Part shown: in pieces, positions 57,766-64,000 of the stretch
How positions within the stretch are numbered: the first letter of the stretch is position 1
Layout of the letters: every line of letters starts with the position of its first letter
Source: an uncultured Desulfospira sp.
Lineage (GTDB): Bacteria; Desulfobacterota; Desulfobacteria; Desulfobacterales; Desulfobacteraceae
Direction of reading: 5' to 3'
NCBI GenBank assembly: GCA_963663165.1
Contig: OY760175.1
Location: 640,001-704,000, forward strand
DNA length: 64,000 nucleotides
Notes under the pieces: model-generated
Database searches by the model: none
The model's input: the letters and a program-made list of their open reading frames with translations, nothing else
What the model was told of the DNA's origin: nothing
Position numbers and translations under genes: made by a program

Positions 57766-57770
57766 GTATC

Positions 57771-58376
57771 ATGTCCCCTCCCTTTTTAGACCAGGACGGT
57801 CAATCATTTAACCCCATGGGGGAATTCAAAGAGGCGATCAAGGATTTCTCCGAATTTATCAGGGACCAGCAGCGCCTTGGCAATACCGAACTGTCCCTGA
57901 ACCAGGCCTCACGGCAGGCAATGGCGGCCTGGGGGGGAAACCGGAGCGCCCGGGCGGCCGCACCTGCGGGGCCATTTTTATGCCAGGGCCATGAATGGTC
58001 AACCCTGTGGATCATTGATTCGGAATCTGTTTTTTTCAAAGAAGCGGCCGGAAAGCTGCTCACCAAAATTTTAGAGGCCATGGCCCTTACGCCGGACCAG
58101 GTGTTTATCTGCAATGCCGAAGACCGTGATGCCCTAAAAGATAAACTCACCCGGCAGCCGCCTCAAGCGGTCATCGGCTTGGGGCAGAAGGCCGGTTCCT
58201 TAATATACGGCCGGGCCGTTTCCCTGGATTCGGTTCAGGGTAAATTTACCCGGTTTTACGGCGTCCCGGCCATGCCCACCTATCACCCGAAAACCCTGCT
58301 GGAGAATCCGGACCTGAAACGGCCGGTCTGGGAGGCCATGAAACAGGTCATGGCCAACGTTAAGGGGTCAAGATGA
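57771..58376 (+). CDS. Degenerate family-4 uracil-DNA-glycosylase-like protein
   Basis: AGKLL..IL.AM.L....VFICN, IGLG..A, PTYHP..LL..P..K..VW retained; GE(A/G)PG and Fe-S cysteines absent. Confidence 0.75.
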   Translation: MSPPFLDQDGQSFNPMGEFKEAIKDFSEFIRDQQRLGNTELSLNQASRQAMAAWGGNRSARAAAPAGPFLCQGHEWSTLWIIDSESVFFKEAAGKLLTKILEAMALTPDQVFICNAEDRDALKDKLTRQPPQAVIGLGQKAGSLIYGRAVSLDSVQGKFTRFYGVPAMPTYHPKTLLENPDLKRPVWEAMKQVMANVKGSR

Positions 58377-59320
58377 CTGACAGACACGACCTTCTCGATC
58401 AATTCATTGAAACCCTGGCAGCGGAAAAAGGGTATTCAAAACACACCTGCCGGGCTTATGAATCCGACATCTTAAGTTTCATTAAATTTTTGTATACTGA
58501 AAAAAAGAGGGCAGCGGAATTTGACCTTCCGGAAGATGACCCGCCGGATAAGGCCGTTCTTCAAACCTTTTTTGCGCCCCTGGCCCCCAAAATCGAAAAA
58601 CAGGACATCAGCCGGTTTTTAGCCGGGCAGGTCCGGCAAAAAAAAGCCAAAAAAAGCCTGGCCCGCCACCTGTCTTCTTTAAAGGCGTTTTTTAAATTTC
58701 TGGTCAGGATCGGCAGGACCGCCCTGAATCCCGCGGACCAGATCCCCTTTCCCAAGCTTGAAAAGACCATCCCCAAGTACTTAACCATTGATGACCTTTT
58801 CCGGCTGTTGGATTCCATTCCTTCGGAAACCTGGATGGACAAACGAAACCTGGCCATGTTTGAAACCTTTTATTCCACGGGCATGCGGGTATCGGAAATT
58901 CACGGATTAAATCAAAATGATGTTGATTTTCAGGCCCAAGTGATTAGAGTCTTTGGCAAAGGCAATAAGGAACGGGTGGTGCCGGTGGGGCAGCGGGCCC
59001 TTTTGGCCATTAAACATTACAGGGAAAGCCTGGCTGATCCCCCGCAGGCCATGTTTGTGAATAAAAATTTTACCCGGCTGACCAGCCGGTCCATCCGCAG
59101 GATTCTGGACCAGCTGGTCCATGACTGCGGGTTGTTTGTACCGGTTTCCCCTCATACCCTGCGCCATTCCTTTGCCACCCATATGCTGGATTCAGGGGCG
59201 GATTTAAGGGGAATCCAGGAAATACTCGGCCATGCCAGCCTGTCCACTACCCAGGTGTATACCCATGTAAGTATGGACCACTTAAACCGGGTGTATGACA
59301 AGGCCCATCCGAGAAGCTGA
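58373..59320 (+). CDS. xerC: Tyrosine recombinase XerC
   Basis: EKGYS.HT..AY..D, YSTGMRVSE, GKGNKER, SPHTLRHSFATHML, LSTTQVYTH, YDKAHPR; xerC-hslVU synteny. Confidence 0.92.
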   Translation: MTDRHDLLDQFIETLAAEKGYSKHTCRAYESDILSFIKFLYTEKKRAAEFDLPEDDPPDKAVLQTFFAPLAPKIEKQDISRFLAGQVRQKKAKKSLARHLSSLKAFFKFLVRIGRTALNPADQIPFPKLEKTIPKYLTIDDLFRLLDSIPSETWMDKRNLAMFETFYSTGMRVSEIHGLNQNDVDFQAQVIRVFGKGNKERVVPVGQRALLAIKHYRESLADPPQAMFVNKNFTRLTSRSIRRILDQLVHDCGLFVPVSPHTLRHSFATHMLDSGADLRGIQEILGHASLSTTQVYTHVSMDHLNRVYDKAHPRS

Positions 59321-59408
59321 CGGCTTACCGTTTTTTTGATCAGGGATCGTCCCGGATCAAAATGGAAGGCCTGTATTTTTTTTAATTTTATTATTTTGGT
59401 TGTAATTT

Positions 59409-59957
59409 ATGACAGATACAAAGACATTTCACGGCACCACCATCCTGGCCTTAAGGGATGACACCGGCGTGGTGGTGGCCGGTGACGGACAGGTCACCCT
59501 AGGCAGCATCGTGACCAAGCACAAGGCCAAAAAGGTCAGGAAAATTTACCATGATCAGATCATCACAGGCTTTGCCGGCGCCACGGCCGATGCCCTGACC
59601 CTGTCTGAAAAGCTTGAAGAAAAGCTTGAACGGTACAACGGTTCTTTGACAAGGGCCTGTGTGGAGCTTGCCCGGGAATGGCGCACCGACAAGTATTTAA
59701 GGCGGCTTGAGGCCATGATGATTGCGGCTGACGGGGCCAATACCTACCTGCTTTCAGGCAACGGCGATGTCATTGAGCCTGACCACGGGGTGATCAGCAT
59801 CGGGTCCGGATCGGTGGCGGCCCAGTCCGCTGCTGTGGCATTGATGGAAAATACCGGCCTTTCGGGACGCCAGATCGTTGAAAAAGCCATGAAAATTGCC
59901 GGGGATCTGTGTATATACACCAACCATAACGTGACCATCGAAGAAATTAAAAAATGA
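59409..59957 (+). CDS. hslV: ATP-dependent protease subunit HslV
   Basis: [43 protein letters not shown]. Confidence 0.97.
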   Translation: MTDTKTFHGTTILALRDDTGVVVAGDGQVTLGSIVTKHKAKKVRKIYHDQIITGFAGATADALTLSEKLEEKLERYNGSLTRACVELAREWRTDKYLRRLEAMMIAADGANTYLLSGNGDVIEPDHGVISIGSGSVAAQSAAVALMENTGLSGRQIVEKAMKIAGDLCIYTNHNVTIEEIKK

Positions 59958-61312
59958 AAAACCTGAAACCCAGACAGATTGTATGCGAGCTTGATAAATA
60001 TATTATCGGCCAGAACGATGCCAAAAAATCCGTTGCCATTGCCTTGAGAAACCGGTGGCGGCGCCGGCAGCTCGACCCGGATCTTCAAGAGGAAATCGCC
60101 CCTAAGAACATTATTCTCATCGGCCCCACCGGCGTGGGGAAAACCGAGATTGCAAGGCGGCTGGCCAACCTGGCCGATGCCCCTTTTTACAAGGTTGAGG
60201 CATCCAAATTTACCGAAGTCGGATATGTGGGACGGGATGTGGAATCCATGATCCGGGACCTGGTGGAACTGACCGTCAACAACCTGAAGGCCCGGCAGCA
60301 GGAATCGGTCCAGGAAAAGGCGGCCAAAATGGCCGAAGAGCGGATCCTGGATATTCTGCTGCCCCCGTCTTCAGGCAACGCCGGGGTCAGCCTGGACAAT
60401 ACCATTGAAACGGCCGGGCAAAGCCCGTCCGGGACCGGAACCCGGGAAAAGCTGCGGAACATGCTCAAGGCCGGCAAGCTCGATGACCGAAAAATTGATC
60501 TGGATGTCACCGATAAATCCTCGCCCATGGTGGAGATCTTTTCCAATACCGGTATTGAGGAAATGGGGATTAACGTTAAAGACATGCTCGGCAACTTCAT
60601 GCCCAAAAACACCAAACGGCGCAAGGTCAGCGTCAAGGACGCCATCAAGCTGATCACCCAGGAAGAGGCGGCCCATTTAGTGGATATGGACTGGGTTAAA
60701 TCCGAGGCTATTTCCCTGGTGGAGCAGTCCGGCATCATTTTTATTGATGAGATCGACAAGGTGGCGGGCAAGGAAAAAAGCTACGGCCCCGAGGTGTCCA
60801 AAGAGGGGGTGCAGCGCGACCTGCTGCCCATTGTGGAAGGCAGCACGGTGCCCACCAAATACGGGACCGTCCGGACCGATTATATTTTGTTTATTGCATC
60901 GGGGGCCTTTCACGTTTCCAAACCCTCGGACCTGATCCCGGAACTTCAGGGAAGGTTTCCCATAAGGGTGGAGTTGAACTCCCTTGGGGCCAATGAATTT
61001 ACCAGGATTTTAACCGAACCGAAAAATGCCCTGGTACTTCAGTACATTGCCCTGCTCAGGACCGAAGGCGTGGACCTGTCCTTTACCCAGGATGCCGTGG
61101 AAAAAATTGCCCAGATTGCCGTTGATGTCAATAACACCACCGAGAACATCGGGGCCAGAAGGCTTCATACCCTGATGGAAAAATTGTTGGAAAATATTCT
61201 TTTTGACGCCCCGGACGTGGATGAAACCAAAATTGTGATAGACGCGGCGTTTGTTGAAAAACAGCTGGTTGACATTGCCGATAACCAGGATTTAAGCAGG
61301 TATATTCTATGA
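59954..61312 (+). CDS. hslU: ATP-dependent protease ATPase HslU
   Basis: [53 protein letters not shown]. Confidence 0.98.
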   Translation: MKNLKPRQIVCELDKYIIGQNDAKKSVAIALRNRWRRRQLDPDLQEEIAPKNIILIGPTGVGKTEIARRLANLADAPFYKVEASKFTEVGYVGRDVESMIRDLVELTVNNLKARQQESVQEKAAKMAEERILDILLPPSSGNAGVSLDNTIETAGQSPSGTGTREKLRNMLKAGKLDDRKIDLDVTDKSSPMVEIFSNTGIEEMGINVKDMLGNFMPKNTKRRKVSVKDAIKLITQEEAAHLVDMDWVKSEAISLVEQSGIIFIDEIDKVAGKEKSYGPEVSKEGVQRDLLPIVEGSTVPTKYGTVRTDYILFIASGAFHVSKPSDLIPELQGRFPIRVELNSLGANEFTRILTEPKNALVLQYIALLRTEGVDLSFTQDAVEKIAQIAVDVNNTTENIGARRLHTLMEKLLENILFDAPDVDETKIVIDAAFVEKQLVDIADNQDLSRYIL

Positions 61313-62199
61313 CCCCGAACCTTGCAGATATTTTAATTGAGGCCCTCCCGTATATTAAACGTTTTTCTAAAAAAACCGTTGTGGTCAAGTACGGGGGCCA
61401 CGCCATGAAAGACGAAAAACTAAAGACAGATTTTGCCAACGACATTATCCTTCTCAAGTACATCGGCATGAACCCGGTGGTGGTCCACGGGGGCGGTCCC
61501 CAGATCAACCAGGTCCTGGATGCCATGGGCATTACCTCCACCTTTATCCGGGGCATGCGGTATACGGACGCCCCGACCATGGATGTGGTGGAAATGGTTT
61601 TGGGCGGGAAAGTCAACAAGGATATTGTGGCAAGGATCAACCGGGAAGGGGGACGGGCTGTTGGGCTGACCGGCAAGGACGGCGACCTGATCCTGGCTGA
61701 AAAACTTCAGATTATTTATCAGGAAGACGAGAACAAACCGCCTGAAATCATAGATCCGGGCATGGTCGGGGATGTCAAACAGGTGAACCCTGAAATCATA
61801 AACACCTTAACGGCAAAGGGATTTATACCCATTATCGCCCCGGTGGGCATTGGCCGGACAGGGGAAACCTACAACATCAATGCCGATGTGGTGGCCGGCA
61901 AAATTGCCGCGGCCATGGGCGCGGAAAAACTGGTGCTGCTCACGGATGTGGACGGTGTTCTGGATAAGGAAGGCAAACTGATTTCCTCCATTGATGAACA
62001 AACGGCCCTGAAAATGATCCGCGACAAAGAGATCTCCGGCGGAATGATTCCCAAAGTGGAACGGGCCCTTGATGCGGTGAAGGGCGGGGTGAAAAAATCC
62101 CATATCATCAACGGGAAAATTCCCCATGCCCTGCTGCTGGAACTGTTTACAAATTCAGGGATTGGGACCCAGGTGTTTGGTAAGACTGAAGATGTTTAG
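61309..62199 (+). CDS. argB: Acetylglutamate kinase
   Basis: [31 protein letters not shown]. Confidence 0.97.
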   Translation: MTPNLADILIEALPYIKRFSKKTVVVKYGGHAMKDEKLKTDFANDIILLKYIGMNPVVVHGGGPQINQVLDAMGITSTFIRGMRYTDAPTMDVVEMVLGGKVNKDIVARINREGGRAVGLTGKDGDLILAEKLQIIYQEDENKPPEIIDPGMVGDVKQVNPEIINTLTAKGFIPIIAPVGIGRTGETYNINADVVAGKIAAAMGAEKLVLLTDVDGVLDKEGKLISSIDEQTALKMIRDKEISGGMIPKVERALDAVKGGVKKSHIINGKIPHALLLELFTNSGIGTQVFGKTEDV

Positions 62200-62270
62200 A
62201 CTGAAGGGGCTTAGGCCGGCTGAATCATAACCTTCTGACTATCTACCTTCAGCCTTCAGCCTATCCACCT
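62184..62270. repeat. GACTGAA/TTCAGCC heptamer hairpin overlapping the argB 3' end
   Basis: gactgaag..gactgaag..ggctgaa ... ccttctgac..ccttcagcc ttcagcc. Confidence 0.65.
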
Positions 62271-62289
62271 AAATAAAGAGGATGTTGTA

Positions 62290-63468
62290 ATGGATCAGAC
62301 TGTTGATAAGACCGAGAGTCATGTTTTTAAAACTTATTTGCGCCAGGGATCGGCGCCTTTTGTTAAAGGGCAGGGCACCAAGCTTTGGGATTCAGATGGA
62401 AAAATTTATACGGATTTTTTAGCCGGGATTGCCGTGTGCAGTCTGGGCCACTGCCATCCTGAGGTGACCCGGGCGGTTTCAGAACAGGCCGCCACCCTGG
62501 TTCATGTGTCCAATCTTTTTTATACAACGCCCCAGGCGGATCTGGCCCAGGTGTTAACCTCAAATTCGTTTGCTGACCGGGCCTTTTTTGCCAATTCCGG
62601 GGCAGAAGCCAATGAGGCGGCCATCAAACTTGCCCGCCGGTATTTTCAGACCAAAGGCAATGGCAACCGGTACACCATTATTACCATGACACAGTCCTTT
62701 CACGGACGGACCATGGCAACCCTTTCCGCCACGGGCCAGGACAAGATCAAAAAAGGGTTTTACCCCCTGTTGGACGGTTTTGTCCATGTGCCGTTCAACG
62801 ATATTCAAGCCTTGGAAAAATGCCTTGATGATACGGTCTGTGCCGTGATGATGGAACCGGTCCAGGGGGAGGGCGGGGTGATTCCGGCAGACCCGGATTA
62901 CCTTAAGGCCGTTAGAAAATTATGCACGGATACCGGCACCCTGCTGATCTTTGATGAAATCCAGACCGGCATGGGCCGGTGCGGCACCCTGTTTGCCCAC
63001 CAGGATTACGGGGTGGAACCCGATATCATGACCCTGGCCAAGGCCCTGGCCAACGGCATTCCCATCGGGGCCATGCTCGCGACTGAGGAAGCGGCCACAG
63101 GGTTTGAACCGGGCAGCCATGCCACCACCTTCGGGGGCACGCCGCTGGCCACTGCCGCAGCCCTTAAAGTGGTTGACATTATTTCGGACCAAGGGTTTCT
63201 TTCTCAGGTCAAAAAAACGGGGGAATACTTTAAAAGCAGGCTTCTGGAATTAAAACAGACCCATTCCCGGGTTAAAGACATCAGGGGAAAAGGACTGCTG
63301 ATCGGCATGGAGATTGACAAGGATGCCGCAGAAATTGCCCGGGAGTGCTTTAAAAAAGGCTTTATCATTAATGCAATTCAAGATAAGGTACTCAGATTTG
63401 CACCGCCCCTGATTGTGGCCCAAAAAGAGATTGACGAACTAACCGCTGTGCTGGACAGCCTCTTATAG
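62290..63468 (+). CDS. argD: Acetylornithine aminotransferase
   Basis: DFLAGIAV..LGH, NSGAEANEAA, SFHGRT, EPVQGEGG, FDEIQTG.GR, TLAKAL, HATTFGG. Confidence 0.95.
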   Translation: MDQTVDKTESHVFKTYLRQGSAPFVKGQGTKLWDSDGKIYTDFLAGIAVCSLGHCHPEVTRAVSEQAATLVHVSNLFYTTPQADLAQVLTSNSFADRAFFANSGAEANEAAIKLARRYFQTKGNGNRYTIITMTQSFHGRTMATLSATGQDKIKKGFYPLLDGFVHVPFNDIQALEKCLDDTVCAVMMEPVQGEGGVIPADPDYLKAVRKLCTDTGTLLIFDEIQTGMGRCGTLFAHQDYGVEPDIMTLAKALANGIPIGAMLATEEAATGFEPGSHATTFGGTPLATAAALKVVDIISDQGFLSQVKKTGEYFKSRLLELKQTHSRVKDIRGKGLLIGMEIDKDAAEIARECFKKGFIINAIQDKVLRFAPPLIVAQKEIDELTAVLDSLL

Positions 63469-63488
63469 ATCCGAAAGGAACGCGTATT

Positions 63489-64000
63489 TTGAAAAAAGAT
63501 CTATTATCTTTACTGGACCTTGACGCCGATGATTTTACCTATCTGTTTGACCGGGCCCTGACCCTTAAAAAAAGATATGGCCAGGGCATCATGGACTCGC
63601 ATCTGACCGGGAAAAGCCTTGGCCTGATCTTTGACAAAAAATCCACCAGGACCCGGATTGCCTTTGAAACCGCCATGATTCAGCTGGGGGGCCACGCCAT
63701 TTACATGAGTACCCAGGACACCCAGATTTCAAGGAACGAGCCGGCCAAAGACACGGCAAGGGTGTTGTCCCGGTATATTGACTGCCTGGCCATGAGAACC
63801 TTTGATCATGAACTGGTAGAAGAATTTGCACAGGCGTCCACCATTCCGGTGATCAATGCCCTGACCGATTCTTTTCATCCCTGCCAGATCTTAAGCGATA
63901 TCATGACCATTATCGAGCATAAAGGCGGGTATCAAAAGATTAAAATTGCCTGGGTCGGGGACGGGAACAACGTGGCCAATTCCTGGGTCAATGCCGCATC
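63489..64000 (+). CDS. argF: Ornithine carbamoyltransferase (3' truncated by window edge)
   Basis: TTG start; translates to MKKDLLSLLD...IFDKKSTRTR...INALTDSFHPCQ...WVGDGNNV. Confidence 0.93.
   Translation, partial: MKKDLLSLLDLDADDFTYLFDRALTLKKRYGQGIMDSHLTGKSLGLIFDKKSTRTRIAFETAMIQLGGHAIYMSTQDTQISRNEPAKDTARVLSRYIDCLAMRTFDHELVEEFAQASTIPVINALTDSFHPCQILSDIMTIIEHKGGYQKIKIAWVGDGNNVANSWVNAA

Noticed and set aside
43931..59320. Prophage or integrative element bounded by two tyrosine recombinases
   Set aside because: Both look like housekeeping XerD and XerC (xerC-hslVU synteny), the enclosed genes are core-type, and no att repeats or dif site were recognised.

Overview
A 64-kb, mostly core-chromosome window from a sulfate-reducing deltaproteobacterium (Desulfobacteraceae-like, inferred from gene content). 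Housekeeping genes include hpf/raiA, rpsA, sppA, tsaC, tRNA-Phe, rsmE, an aroF-pheA fusion, ettA, valS, lepA, rbr-dfx, xerD, coaBC, xerC-hslVU and argBDF. Type IV pilus genes (pilY1 3' part; sigma54-driven pilA with TPR and ABC genes) and exeA/exeB are also present. The one clear mobile element is a 2,777-bp IS (8272-11048) with perfect 17-bp terminal inverted repeats and a 9-bp target duplication. It carries a DUF4338/DruA-like (putatively Mom-like GNAT) gene coupled to a DDE transposase, followed by a ~190-nt run of back-to-back hairpins. Other notable items are: (i) an unannotated 4-gene ParA module between xerD and pilA; (ii) a complete Phe-leader-peptide attenuator upstream of aroF-pheA; (iii) a small PopZ/RomR-like protein upstream of valS; (iv) a ~100-nt hairpin 5' leader on hpf; (v) a 90-bp two-hairpin repeat in three copies; and (vi) many intergenic heptamer-repeat tracts. 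All protein calls come from motif recognition by eye, and no database searches were run.
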